Positions 13,054 through 26,588 of a stretch of DNA of 64,000 nucleotides are shown piece by piece. Made by a program: the position numbers and the translations under genes. A model generated the notes under the pieces. It was given only the letters and a program-made list of their open reading frames with translations. It searched no databases and was not told the origin of the DNA. The DNA is from the human T2T-CHM13v2.0 reference genome, Homo sapiens. Position 1 is the first letter of the stretch; each line of letters begins with the position of its first letter. The stretch lies in the NCBI RefSeq assembly GCF_009914755.1, contig NC_060928.1; one strand, 5' to 3'.

Positions 13054-14614
13054 ATAATTTTTTATTATTTGAAAAATCTATTGTTTATGAAATAAACTTT
13101 ATACTCCAAGTTTATTGTTGATTCTGACCTGAATTTCAATTGTTATTTTTAACCCAAATAGAAAGCTCCAGCTTCATAGTCTAGCTTTAGTGGGATTAAG
13201 ACTATAGAATGAAAAAAAAACTAGTGAAAACTAAAAGCACATTTATCAATATTTAAAAATAGTTGTATAGAGGGGGCTGGCAAGATGGTCGAATAGGAAC
13301 AGCTCCAGTCTGCAGCTCCCAGCAAGACCAATGCAGAAGGTGGGTAATTTCTGCATCTCCAACTGAGATACCTGGTTCATCTCATTGGGATTTGTTAGAT
13401 GGTGGGTGTATCCCATGGAGGGAGAGCGGAAGTAGGGAGGAGTGTCCCTCACCCGGGAAGCACAAGGGGTCAGGGAACTCCCTCCGCTAGCTAGGGGAAG
13501 CCATGAGGGACTGTACCATGAGCAATGGTCCATTCCAGCCCAGATACTATGCTTTTCCCACAGTCTTCACAAACCACAGACCAGGAGATTCCCTTGGGTG
13601 CCTACACCACCAGGGCCCTGGGTTTCATGCACAAAACTAGGCAGCTGTTTGGGCAGACACTGAGCTAGCTGCAGGAGTTTGTTTCATACCCCAGTGGTGC
13701 CTGGAACACCAGCGAGACAGAACCATTCATTCCCCTGGAAAGGGGGCTGAAGCCAGTGAGTGGAGTGGTCTTGCTCAGCGGATCTCACCCCCATGGAGCT
13801 CAGCAAGCTAAGATCCACTGGCTTGAAATTCTTGCTGCCAGCAGAGCAGTCTGAAGTCGACCTGGGATGCTCAAACTTGGTTCAGGGAGGGACGTCTGCC
13901 ATTACAGAGGCTTGAATAGGTGGTTTTGCCCTCATGGTGTAAACAAAGCCATTGGGAAGTTCGAAATGGGTGCTGAACCCACTGCAGTGTGGCAAAGCCA
14001 CTGTAGCCAGACTGCCTCTCTAGATTCCTCCTCTCTGGGCAAGGCATCCCTGAAAGAAAGGCAGCAGCCCCAGTCAGGGGCTTATAGATAAAAGTCCCAT
14101 CTCCCTGGGACAGAGCACCTGGGGGAAGAGACAGCTGTGGGTGCAGCTTCAGCAGACTTAAATGTTCTTGCCTGCCAGCTCTGAAGAGAGCAGCAGATCT
14201 CCCAGCACAGTGCTTGAGCACTGCTAAGGGACAGACTGCCTCCTCAAGTGGGTCCCTGACCCCCCGTGCCTCCTGACTGGGAGACAACTTCCAGCAGGGG
14301 GCGATAGACACCTTATACAGCAGAGCTGTGGCTGGCATCTGGCAGGTGCCCCTCTGGGATGAAGCTGCCGGAGCAAGGAGCAGGCAGGAATTTTTGCTGT
14401 TCTGCAGCCTCCGCTGGTGATAACCAGGCAAACAGGGTCTGGAGTGGACCTTCAGCAAACTCCAGCAGACCTACAGAGGAGGGGCCTGACTGTTACAAGG
14501 AAAACTAACAAACAGAAAGCAATAGCTTTCAACATCAACAAAAAGGATGCCCACCCAAAAACTCCATCCAAAGGTCAACAACATCAAAGAACAAAGGTAG
14601 ACAAATCCATGAAT

Positions 14615-15651
14615 ATGAGGAAAAACCAGCACAAAAAGCCTGAGAATTCAAAAACACAGAATGCCTCTCCTCCTCCAAAGAATCACAACTCCTTGCCAGC
14701 AAGGGAACAAAACTGGACAGAGAATGAGTCTGATGAACTGACAGAAGTAGGCTTCAGAAGGAGGGTAATAACAAACTCCTCTGAACTAAAGGAGCACTTT
14801 CTAACCCAATACAAGGAAGCTAAGAACCTTGATAAAAGGTTATAGGAACTGCTAACTAGAACAACCAGTTTAGAGAAGAACATAAATGACCTGACGGAGT
14901 TGAAAAACACAGCACAAGAACTTTGCGAAGCATACACAAGTATCAATAGCCAAATCAATGAAGCAGAAGAAAGGATATAAGAGATTGAAATTCAAAGTAT
15001 TGAAATAAAGCCTGAAGAAAAGAATGGAGAAAAAAGAATGAAAAGGAATGAACAAAGCCTCCAAGAAATACGGGACTATGTAAAAATACCAAACCTACGT
15101 TTGATTGGTGTACCTGAAAGTGATGGGGAGAATAGAACCAAGTTGGAAAACACACATCATGATTGTTATCCAGGAGAACTTCCCCAACCTAGCAAACCAG
15201 GCCAACATTCAAATTCAGAAAATACAGAAAACACCACAAAGATACTCCTTGAGAAGAGCAACTCCAAGATACATAATCGTCAGATTCACCACTGATTCCA
15301 CAGAGATATTAACTACCATCAGAAAATACTATAAGCCAGAGAGAAGGGTCAGGTTACCCACAAAGGGAAGACCATCAGACTAACAGCTGATCTCTTTGCA
15401 GAAACCCTACAAGCCAGAAGAGAGTGGCGGCCAATATTCAACATTCTTAAAGAAAAGAATTTTCAACCCAGAATTTCATATCCAGCGAAACTAAGCTTCA
15501 TAAGCAAAGGAAAAATAAAATCCTTTACAGACAAGCAAATGCTGCTGACAAAATCTCCACCAGGCCCGCCTTACAAGAGTTCCTGAAGGAAGCACTAAAC
15601 ATGGAAAGGAACAGCCGGTACTAGCAACTGCAAAAGCATACCAAATTGTAA
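14615..15651 (+). pseudogene. L1 ORF1, disrupted
   Basis: MRKNQHKKPENSK... start; premature stop at 14843-14845, frameshifts, and a foreign 43-bp patch at 15291-15333. Confidence 0.9.
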
Positions 15652-15714
15652 AGACCATCAACACTATGAAGAAACTGCATCAACTAATGAGCAAAATAAC
15701 CAGCTAGCATCATA

Positions 15715-18700
15715 ATGACAGGATCAAATTAACACATAACAATAGTAACCATAAATATAAATGGGCTAAATGCCCCAATTAAAAGACACAGACTGGCAAA
15801 TTGGATAAAGAGTCAAGACCCATTGGTGTGCTATATTCAGGAGACACATCTCATGTGCAAAGACACACATAAGCTCAAAATAAAGGGATGGGGGAATACT
15901 TACAAAGCAAATGGACAGCAAAAAAAAGTAGGGGATGCAATCCTAGTCTCTGACTAAACAGACTTTAAACCAACAAAGATCAAAAAAGACAAAGAAGCAC
16001 ATTACATAACAGTAAAGGGATCAATGCAACAGGAAGAGCTAACTATCCCAAATACATATGCATCAAATACAGAAGCACCCAGATACATAAAGCAAGTCCT
16101 TAGAGACCTACAAAGAGACTTAGACTCCCACACAATAATAGTGGGAGACTTAACACCCCACCGTCAGTATTAGACAGATCAACGAAACAGAAAATTAACA
16201 AGGATATTCAGGACTTGAACTCAACTCTGGACCAAGCAGACCTAATAGACATCTACAGAACTCTCCACCCAAATCAACAGAATATACATTCTTCTCAGCA
16301 CCACATAGCACTTGTTCTAAAATTGATCACATAATTGGAGTAAAACACTTCTCAGCAAATGCAGAAGAATGGAAATCATAACAGTCTCTCAGACCACAGT
16401 GCAATCAAATTAGAACTCAGGATTAAGAAATTCACTGAAAACCACACAACTACATGAAAACTGAACAACCTGCTCCTGAAGACTACTGGGAAAATAACAA
16501 AATTAAGGCAGAAATCAAGAAGTTCTTTGAAACCAACGAGAACAAAGACACAACATATCAGAATCTCTGGGACACAGCTAAAGCAGTGTTAAGAGGGAAA
16601 TTTATAGCACTAAGTGCCCACAAGAGAAAATGGGAAAGACTTAAAATCGGCACCCTAACATCACAATTAAAAGAACTAGAGAAGCAAGAGCAAACAAATT
16701 CAAAAGCTACCAGAAAACAAGAAATAGCTAAGGTCATAGCAGAACAAAGGAGATACAGACACAAAAAAACCTTCAAAAAATCAATGAATCCAGGAGCTGA
16801 TTTTTTGAAAAGATTAACAAAATAGACCACTAACCAGACTAATAAAGAAGAAAAGACAAGAATTAAATAGATGCAATAAAAATGATAAAGGGGATATCAC
16901 CACTTATCCCACAGAACTAAAAACTACCGTAAGAGAATACTATAAACACCTCTACGCAAATAAACTAGAAAATCTAGAAGAAATGGATAATTTCCTGGAC
17001 AAAAATACCCTCCCAAGAGTAAACCAGGAAGAAGTTGAATCCCTGAATAGACCAATAACAAGTTATGAAATTGAGGCAGTAATTAATAGCCTACCAACCA
17101 AAAAATGCCTGGGACCAGACAGGTTTACAGCCAAATTCTACCAGAGGTACAAAGAGGAGCTGGTACCATTTTTATGAAACTATTCCAAACAATAGAAAAA
17201 AAAGGGGCTCCTCCCTAACTCATTTTATGAGGCCAGCATTATTCTTATACCAAAACCTGACAGAGACACAACAAAAAAAAGGAACATTTCAGGCCAATAT
17301 CCCTGATGAACATACATGCAAAAATCCTCAATAAAATACTGGCAAACTGAATCCAGCAGCACATTCAAAAGCTTACCCACCACAATCAAGTCGACTTCAT
17401 CCCTGGGATGCAAGGCTGGTTCAACATACACAAATCAGTAAATGTAATCCATCACATGAACAGAACCAAAGACAAAAACCACATATTATCTCAATAGATG
17501 CAGAAAAGGCCTTCAATAAAATTCAACACCCCTTCATGCTAAAAACTCTCAATAAACTAGGTATTGATGGAACGTATCTCAAAATAATAACAGCTATTTA
17601 TGACAAACCCACAGCCAATATCATACTGAATGGGCAAAAACTGGAAGCATTCCCTTTGAAAACCGGCACAAGACAAGGTTGCCCTGCCTCACCACTCCTA
17701 TTCAACATAGTATTGGAAGTTCTGGTCAGGTCAATCAGGCAAGAGAAAGAAATAAAGAGTATTCAAATAGGAAGAGAGGAAGTCAAATTGTCTCTATTTG
17801 TAGATAACATGATTGCATATTTAGAAAACCCCATTGTCTTAGCCCAAAAACTCCTTAAGGTGATAAGCACCTTCAGCAATGTCTCAGGATACAAAATCAA
17901 TTTTCAAAAATCACAAGCATTCCTAGACAACAATAATACACAAATACAGAGTCAAATCATGAATGAACTCTGATTCACAATTGCTACAAAGAGAATAAAA
18001 TACCTAGGAATACAACTTACAAGGGATGTGAAGGACCTCTTCAAGGAGAATTACAAACCACTGCTCAAGGAAATAAGAGGACACAACAAAGGGAAAAACA
18101 TTCCATGCTCATGGATAGGAAGAAAGAATATCATGAATATGGCCATACTGTCCAAAGTAATTTATAGCTTCAATGCTATCCCCATTAAGCTACCATTGAC
18201 TTTCTCCACAAAATTAGAAAAAAAACTACTTTAAATTTTATATGGAAGCAAAAAAGAGCCCGTATAGCCAAGAAAATCCTAAGCAAAAAGAACAAAGCTG
18301 GAGGCATCACACTTGCTGACTTCAAACTATAGTACCAGGCTACAGTAACCAAAACAACGTGGTACTGGTACCAAAACAGATATATAGACCAATGGAACAG
18401 AACAGAGTTCTCAGAAATAAAACTACATATCTACAACCATCTGATCTTTGACAAACTTGACAAAAACAAGCAATGGGGAAAGGATTCCCTATTTAATAAA
18501 TGGTGTTGGGAAAACTGGCTAGCCATATGCAGAAAACTGAAACTGGACCTCTTCCTTACACCTTATACAAAGATTAACTCAAGACGAATAAGGACCTAAA
18601 TGTGAGACCTAAAACCATAAAAACCCTAGAAGAAAACCTAGGCAATACCATTCAGGGCATAGACATAGGCAAAGACTTCATGACTAAAACACCAAAAGCA

Positions 18701-19521
18701 ATTGCAACAAAAGCCAAAATTGACAAATGGGATCTAATTAAACTAAAGAGCTTCTGCACAGCAAAAGAAACTATCATCAGAGTGAACAGGCAACCTACAG
18801 AATGGGACAAAATTTTTGCAATCTATCCATTCAACAAAGGGCTAATATCCAGATTATACAAAGAACTTAAACAGATTTATAAGAAAAATCAAACAACCCC
18901 ATCAAAAAGTGAGCAGAGGATATGAACAGATACTTCTCAAAAGAAGACATTTATGCTGTCAACAAACATATGAAAAAAAAGCTCATCATCACCGGTCATT
19001 AGAGAAATGCAAATCAAAACCACAATGAGATACCTTCTCATACCAGTTAGAATGGCAATCATTAAAACATCAGGAAACAGATGCTGGAGAGGATGTGGAG
19101 AAATAGAAATGCTTTTACACTGTTGGTGGGAGTGAAAATTAGTTCAACCATTGTGGAAGACAATGTGGTGATTCCTGAAGGATCTAGAAGCAGAAATACC
19201 ATTTGACCCAGCAATCCATTACTGGGTATATTCCCAAAGTATTATAAATCATTCTGCTATAAAGACACATGCACACATATGTTTATTGCAGCACTATTTG
19301 CAAGAGCATAGACTTGGAACCAACCCAAATGCCCATCAATGATAAACTGGATGAAGAAAACATGGCACATATACACAATGGAATACTATGCATCCATAAA
19401 AAAGGATGAGTTCATGTCCTTTGCAGGGGCATAGATGAAGCTGGCAACCATCATTCTCAGCAAACTAACACAGGAACAGAAAACCAAACACAGCATGTTC
19501 TCACTCGTAAGTGGGAATTGA
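15715..19521 (+). pseudogene. L1 ORF2 (EN/RT), disrupted
   Basis: ATGACAGGATCAAAT start; fragments such as [20 protein letters not shown]; catalytic FADD degraded to FVDN; many stops and frameshifts. Confidence 0.92.
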
Positions 19522-19739
19522 ACAATGAAAACACATGGACACAGGGAACATCACACACTGAGGCCTGTTGGGGGTTGGGGGCAAGGGGAGGGATAACATT
19601 AGGAGAAATACCTAACGTAGATGGCGAGTTGATGGGCGCAGCAAACCACCATGGCATATGTATATCTACGTAACAAACCTGCACATTCTGCCCATGTATC
19701 CCAGAACTTAAAGTATATATAAAAAAATGTTGTATCGTA

Positions 19740-20372
19740 CCCCAAGTTATTTTATTTTAAAAAATAGTCTTTCTTCTTTGGATCAGTTTTAGGTTCACAG
19801 CGAAAGTGGGTGGTAAGTACAGAGATTTCCCATATGCTTCCTCCCACAACATGCACACTGCCTATCAACATCCTGCAACAGTGATTCATTTGTTACATCA
19901 ATGAAACTATAGTGACACGTCTTTATCACCTAAAATCCATATTTTCTAATAAGGTTCTCTTTGTGTATATTATATGGCTTTTATAAATGTATAATGACAT
20001 ATATCCATATTTATAATATACACAGTAATTTCACTGCCCTAAATATGCTCTGTGGTTCACCTGTTCAATCTTCCCTTCCTCTAACCTCTGGCATCCACTG
20101 ATCTTTTAGTAACTTGAAAGATTTGCCTTTTCTAGAATGTCATATAGTTGAAATCATACAGTACATAGTCTTCTGGATTGACTTTGTTTCATTAGTGGTA
20201 TGCATTTAATGTTCCTCCATGTCTTTTTATGGTTTCATAGCTCATTTCTTTATAGCACTGGATAATATTTCATTGCCTAGATTTACCACAGTTTATCCAT
20301 TAAGCTACTGAAGAATATCTTGGCTGCTTCCAAGTTTTGGCAATTATGAATAAATCTATCATAAACATCCAT
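19740..20372 (-). mobile_element. Old L1 (L1MC/L1MB8-like) 3' end
   Basis: AGTTTTAGGTTCACAGC...AGTACAGAGATTTCCCATA and TTTGCCTTTTCTAGAATGTCATATAGTTG are typical L1MC 3' UTR text. Confidence 0.8.
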
Positions 20373-20529
20373 GGCTCTCCTGATCCTCAGTCTTTTGGGA
20401 TTGAGACTGAAACTACATCATCAACTCTCTGGGGTCTCCACCTTGCTAACTGTAGATCTTGTGACTTCTCAGCCTTCATAATCACATGTGTCAATTCCTT
20501 ATAATGAATTTTATGTATAGCTACGTATT

Positions 20530-20972
20530 TGTTGTGAAAATTCCCTTCCAGCTCCAAGAATGACCCTCTTTAAGCAGAGGGCGATCTCAGACCAAAGCAA
20601 GAGGCAGAATACTCTAGGTTGGTAGGTAGTCAAAAATTTATTCAGGGGAAAATTACATATGAGGCGGTCTTGGGCAGAGCAAGATGAGATAGATCACATT
20701 TGCAATGCATGCCCATCTATTCTTTTATACCATGCAAAGAAAAAGGAGAGGAAAAGGAGGAAAAAAGTCACTGATGGCATGTGAAGCAGTCTGGTTCCTT
20801 TGTTAACCTATTCACTCTCTGCTTAAAGAGATTGTTGGGTTTCCCTACAACCTAGTCAACATTCCTAAGTGTCTGTGTAAGGGTGTTCAGAGCAGCAGCA
20901 GCTATCTTGGTTCTCTGGTCACAGCTCACTTTGAGGTCAAATATATAGAATATATTTTATATTTTCACAACA
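20530..20972 (-). mobile_element. Solo LTR, probably ERVL class (LTR40/41/52-like), nested in the MLT2 LTR
   Basis: Termini TGTTGTGAAAAT...ATTTTCACAACA; TATAAAAG (~20723-20729) and AATAAA (~20637-20642) in correct order on the minus strand. Confidence 0.7.
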
Positions 20973-20984
20973 CTATATGTCTAT

Positions 20985-21068
20985 GTATCTATTATCTATC
21001 TATCTAATCTCTATCTAATCTATCTATCATCTATCTATCTATATCTATCTGTCTATCATCTATCTATC
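20985..21068. repeat. Degenerate (TCTA)n microsatellite
   Basis: Interrupted TCTA/TATC array at the usual simple-repeat site of MLT2 LTRs. Confidence 0.9.
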
Positions 21069-24000
21069 CAATTTATCTCCTGTTGTTTCTGTTTCTCTGA
21101 AGAACCTTTACTAATACAGATTTTTAATACCAAGTGTGGTTCTAAAGAAACAGAATGTTAAAGATGAGTTTTCAGAGTTGGTTCCAGGGCTTCTGGAATT
21201 GGCTCTCTAATCTGAACGGATTTAAAGTTGCTAATGACTCTATTTCCAGTTGTACAGAGAGAACTGATAGTCTATGGTGTAATCTGTCAATAGAAATACA
21301 CAAAACACCTCCATTAAATTCTCCTAATAAACCACTTATAAGAAGCAAGGAGCTGAGTGACTGTGAAGATAACATTTCTGAACATTTTTAGAAAAGTAAC
21401 AAATATAATGAGGTTGGCAGGCTGCTTTTAATGTCTCTGGAAGAAGTGGTGAGAGAAAAGAATGAGCTTAGGGATTCGAATTCCCAGCTTAAGCATTCCA
21501 TGAAGGACTTGAAAGCTTCTATGTGTTCCCTGAATGAGGTTCTTATCTCCTATAGCCACAAGGATGAGATTGCAAGAAATCAAATGCAGAATCTCATCTT
21601 GGGACTGGCTGAATTATGACACAAGTTAACTCTCAGCTTCAAGGGTGTGCGTACTGTTAAAGTGAAGGCATTTATTGGGAAAAAATGAAATACTGTAAGA
21701 TAGAATGGAGAGGTCTGGGAATACCCTGATGAAGCTGAGGATGCTGAGTCCCTAAATTCTGACAAGTCTTCTTTGTCAGTGGAAGCAGACTTCCCACCCC
21801 TGGTAGAAGTGACCTCTCCATCCCTAGTGGTAGCAGCTTCCCCAACCTCACTAGTAGCAACCTTCCTACCCTTCTGAAGGGATTAATCCTGCATAGCCTG
21901 AGGTAAGTGTAATGACCTGCCCTGAGGCACTTGCCAGGAAAGATAATGCTTATTCTTCATAGGACCCATCCCTACCACCCCTTTTTACCTCCAGACCTAT
22001 AACTAGATTCCAAGTCTTAGCATGCCCCTAAAGGTGAGGTCTAATATGAGACCCATGAGCTTGTATGCTGCATTCCAAAAGAACTACTTAAGTTTCCTAA
22101 TTTATATAGACAGAAATCTGGGGAACATGTGTATAAATGAATGTTGAGGGTGTGGAATAATGGTGGAAGAAACATAGAGTTGGATCAAGACAAATTTACT
22201 GATAAAGGCTCACTAACCAGAGCTTTTGCATTTAACGTTGTATCTGGGGGAGTTAATGAGGGCTGTAACAGTTTTCTTGGGTGATTGACTGAAACATGGA
22301 CCAACATGACATGAAACATGGACAATGAAATAATTAGAAACACTGGACCTGCCTTAGTTTAATTTACTGGAAGGGATTAAAAAGCTTAGGGAGATTGAAT
22401 TATTAGAGTAGATTTGTCATTTAAGACCTACTCACTTACACTGGGAGGGTCCCAAAGTCATACCTATTACCACTACTGTGAAAAGTAAATTTGTGAAGGG
22501 GATCCCCAGCATCCTTGAAGAGTTCTGTGATTATTACTTTTTGTAGGCCAGATGTTAGAGTGGGGACTGCAGTACTGACCTAAAGGCAGTAGGTGTAACT
22601 GGATCCCAGGATAGAGGTAGCTAAGTAGCAGCACTCATCCTCCAAAAGCAATTTGGCTGTGGTTACTAGAGAGGACAGCAGAGTTAAAGCAGCAATCAGG
22701 ATGTTCTGGCTCACACAGACTTATGGAATTGGCTAATTGATTCTGGTGTTTCTATAAGTGAAATTGATAGGAAGTCTATTAAATTTTTGTTTAATTTGTA
22801 TAAGCCAGGTCAAATGAATAAAAAGTCTCACCTAAATTATAAAAACAGGATGTCACAGTCCCTCAATCAATTCCCAGATTTGAGCTATTGTACCCTTGAA
22901 TGAAGAAAAGGCAAAGTCCCCTTATAAAAGGACCCCAGTACACTATCAAAAATTGATACTGTTAATTTTTCTCCAAACCTTTTCTAAAGGGGCCTATCGG
23001 GACTTTTACCAAGGTAATGATATATTGGGGGAAAATAATCAGACCTTTCAGGGACTACTAGACACAAGCTCTGAACTAATTCCAAGAAACACAAAACATC
23101 CCTTTAGTTCATTAGTTCAGAGTAGGGGCTTATGGAGATGAGATAATCAATGGAGTTTTAGCTCAGGTCCATCTCACAGCAGGCCTAGTGGGTCCCTGTG
23201 GCTATTTCCCTATTTTTGGAATGCATAATTGCAAATAGATAGATTCAGCTGCTGGTAGACTCCCTAAGTTTGTTCCTTGACATGGAGTGAGGGCTATTAT
23301 GGTGGGAGAGGCCAAGTGGAAGCCACTAGAACTGCCTCTACCTAGGGAACTAGTAAACCACAAGCAGTACCACATTCTTGGAAGGATTGCAGAGATCAGT
23401 GCAACCTTGAAAGATTCAAAGGTGGTGATTCTCATCACATTCTATTAAACATGTCAATTTGGCCTGAACAGAAGAAAGATGGATCTTTGAGAATGGCAGT
23501 GGATTATTGTAAGCTTAGCCAGGTGGTGACTGCAATTGCAGCGGCTGTACCAGATGTGGTTTCATTGCTTGAGCAAATTAACACATCCTCTGGTATCTTC
23601 TATGCAGCTATAGATCTGACAAATGCTCTTTTCTTGATACCTGTGAGTAGAGACCACCAGAAGCAGATTGCTTTTAACTGCCAAGGCTAGTAATTCAAGG
23701 CTAGCAATTCACCTTCACTGTCTTACACCAGGTCTGTATCAACTCTATAGCTCTATGTTATAGTTCAGTTTGTAGTAATATTGGTCTTCTTTTCCTTCTA
23801 CAAGACACTGGCTCATTACATTGATGCCATTATGCTAACTGGACCTAATGAACAAGAAGTGGCAACTAATCTTTACTTATTGGTAAGATATTTGTGTGTC
23901 AGAGGGTAGAAAATGAATCCAAAAACATTCAGGAGCCTTCAAAACCAATGGAATTTCTAGGGTTCCAGTAGAGTGGGAAATGTTCAGATATTCCTTCTAG

Positions 24001-25466
24001 GTTGAGGGATGAATTGTTGCCAAATGAGTCACAATGCTTAGTGGGCTTCTTTGGATTTTGGAGACAACATATTCATCATTTGGGTGTGTAACTGCAATCT
24101 ATTTACCAAGTGACACAAAGAGTTGACTGGGGCCCAAAGCAGGAGAAGGCCCTGCAACAGGTCCAAGCTGCTGTGCAAGCTTCTTTGCCACTTGGGTCAT
24201 TTGATCCAGCAGATCCAATTGTGCTTGAAATATCAGGCAGATAAGGATGCTGTTTGAAGCCTTTGTAGCCACTATAGATGAATCATAGCATAGGCCCTTA
24301 GGCATTTGGAATAAAGCCTTGCCACCCTCTTCAGATACCTACTCTTCTTTTGAGAACCTGCTACTAGGCCTTAGTAATGACTGAACACATAAGCATGGAC
24401 CACCAAATAACCACACAATTGAAGCTGCCCCTCATGAACTGGGTGCTGTCTTACTCCTAAGCTATAAAGTTGGTGTGACAGGAGAATTTCATCATGAAAT
24501 GAAGGTGTGATCAGGTTTGAGCAGGCCCTGAAGGCACAAGTAAGTTACATGAAGTGGCCCAAATGCTCATGGTTCCATTGCTGCTACACTGTTTTCCCTC
24601 TCCCAGTCTGTACCTGTGACTTCATGGGGAATTAGCTATGATCAGTTGACAAAGAGAAGACTAAGTTATGGTTTACAGTTCTGAATTTTATGTTGACACT
24701 ACCCAAAAGTGAACAGCTGCAGCACTATAGCCTCTTTCTGAGACATTCTTGAAAGGCAGTGGTAAAGGTGAATTCTCCCAGTGGGTAGAACTTCAAGCAC
24801 TGCACATGGTTGTCAACTTTGGTTGAAAGGAGAAATGACCAGACTTGTGATTATACTCTGATTCACGGGCTGTGGCCAATGGTTTGGCTGGACAGTCAGA
24901 GACTTGGAAGAAACATGCTTAGAAAATTGGCTACAAAATATTTGGAGGAGACGTGTTTTACCTCTCTGGGCAAAAACAATGCAGATATTTGTATCCCATG
25001 TGGATATTCACCAAAGAATGATTTCAGCAGAGAAGGATTTTAATAAATCAAGTGGATAGGATGACCTGTTCTATGGATACCAGTCAGCCTCTTTCTCTAG
25101 CTACTTTGGTCTTTGCCCAATGGGTTCATGAATAAAGTGACTGTGGTGGCAGCAATGGAGGTTATGCATATGCATATGCAACATAAACTTACACTTACCA
25201 AGGCCAATCTAGACATGGCTATTACTCAGTGCCCAAACTGCCAGTAGCAGAGACAAATACTGAGTTCCTGATATGGCAGCATTCCCTAGAGTGATTAGCC
25301 AGATACCCAGTGGCAGGTTGATTACACTGGACATCTTCCATGATGGAAGGGGAATAATTTTGTCCTTCCTGAAATAGACAACAAACAGATGATTTGATTT
25401 ATCTCCCCTGCATATAATGCTTATGCCAAAACTACCATCTGTGGGCTTACAGAGTGCCCTATCCAC

Positions 25467-25829
25467 TCTCTTAGTCCATTTGTGCTGCTTTCACAAAACA
25501 CCTTAGACAGATAATTTATGAAGAACAGAAATTTATTTTTTGCAGTTCTGGAGTTGAGACATCCAATATTAAGGTACTGTCACTGGTGTCTGGTGAGGCT
25601 GCTCTCTGCTTTCGAAAAGGTGCCATGTCACTGTGTCCTCATATGTCAAAAATTGGAATGGCAAGAGAGTACTCTCTTCAAATCTTTTATAAGGATACTG
25701 ATTTAATTTATGAGGGTGGAGCCCTCATGACTTAATCTTCCTCCAAGGGCAACAACTCTTAATACTGTTGCAGTGAGGATTAAATTTCAACATAAATTTG
25801 GAGATGACACCATCACTTAAACCATAGTA
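25467..25829 (-). mobile_element. MaLR solo LTR (MSTD/MLT1A-like) inserted in ERVL integrase region
   Basis: TCTTAGTCCATTTGTGCTGCT...AAACCATAGTA; 5-bp TSD TCCAC (25462-25466 / 25830-25834). Confidence 0.88.
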
Positions 25830-26268
25830 TCCACCATCATGGTATTCCACTCAACGTTGCCTCTGACCAAATAAGCTCAGGAATCAGCCCATGCTTATGG
25901 AATTTAGTGGTCTTACCATGTTCTCCACCATCCTAAAGTTGCTGGCTTGATAGAATGGTGGAATGGCTTTTGAAGACTCAGTTACAGTTCCAGCAAGGCG
26001 GTAATACCTTGCAGAGCTGGGACAAGGTTCTTTATTACAGAAGGCTGTATATTATGTGGATTAGTGTCCAATATATGATAATATTTCTCTGATGGGCAGG
26101 ATTCATGGCTCCAGGAACCAAGGTATAAAAATGGGAGTGGTACCGCTCACTCTTACCCTCAGTGTCCTCCTAGCAAAGTGTTTATTTTCTCTTCTTATGA
26201 CCTCATGCTCTGCTGGCTTAGAGTTCTTTGTTCCTAATGGAGTAATGCTTCCAACAAGAGATACAACA

Positions 26269-26552
26269 GGCCGGGCGTGGTGGCTCACGCCTGTAATCCC
26301 AGCACTTTGGGAGGCCGAGGCGGGTCGATCACAAGGTCAGGAGATCGAGACCATCCTGGCTAACATGGTGAAACACCGTCTGTGCTAAAAATACAAAAAA
26401 AAAAATTAGCCGGGCAAGGTGGCGGGTGCCTGTAGTCCCAGCTACTCGGGAGGCTGAGGCAGGAGAATGGCGTGAACCCTGGGGGCCGGAGCCTGCAGTG
26501 AGCCGAGATTGTGCTACTGCATTCCAACCTGGGTGACAGCGAGACTCCATCT

Positions 26553-26588
<36 letters not shown>
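26269..26588 (+). mobile_element. AluY
   Basis: Y diagnostics GGAGATCGAGACCATCCTGGCTAAC and GGAGAATGGCGTGAACCC; pure A tail of ~33 nt; 12-bp TSD AGAGATACAACA (26257-26268 / 26589-26600). Confidence 0.97.

Larger units (their letters stand above)
13271..19722 (+). mobile_element. Full-length LINE-1 (L1PA7/L1PA8-like), ~6.45 kb, inactive
   Basis: 5' end GGGGGCTGGCAAGATGGTCGAATAGGAACAGCTCC, ~1.35 kb 5' UTR, ORF1, ORF2, and 3' end CCCAGAACTTAAAGTATA. Degenerate TSD AAAAATAGTTGTATAG (13255-13270) / AAAAATGTTGTATCG (19723-19737). Confidence 0.96.
20373..21118 (+). mobile_element. MLT2-type 5' LTR of the ERVL provirus (5'-truncated, interrupted)
   Basis: The 3' half aligns with 28185-28391 (CTCAGCCTTCATAATCACATG...CAATTCCTTATAA) and ends TTTCTCTGAAGAACCTTTACTAATACA. 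Confidence 0.85.

Noticed and set aside
13246-14458. ORFs up to 195 aa in the L1PA7/8 5' UTR
   Set aside because: By-products of the GC-rich L1 5' UTR, seen in many copies; not host genes.
13271-19722. Possible retrotransposition-competent L1
   Set aside because: Both ORFs carry multiple stops and frameshifts, and the RT motif reads FVDN.
22290-23711. Short direct duplications (TGAAACATGGAC twice; CAAGGCTAG.AATT twice; similar at 46856-46880)
   Set aside because: Ordinary slippage duplications in neutral DNA.
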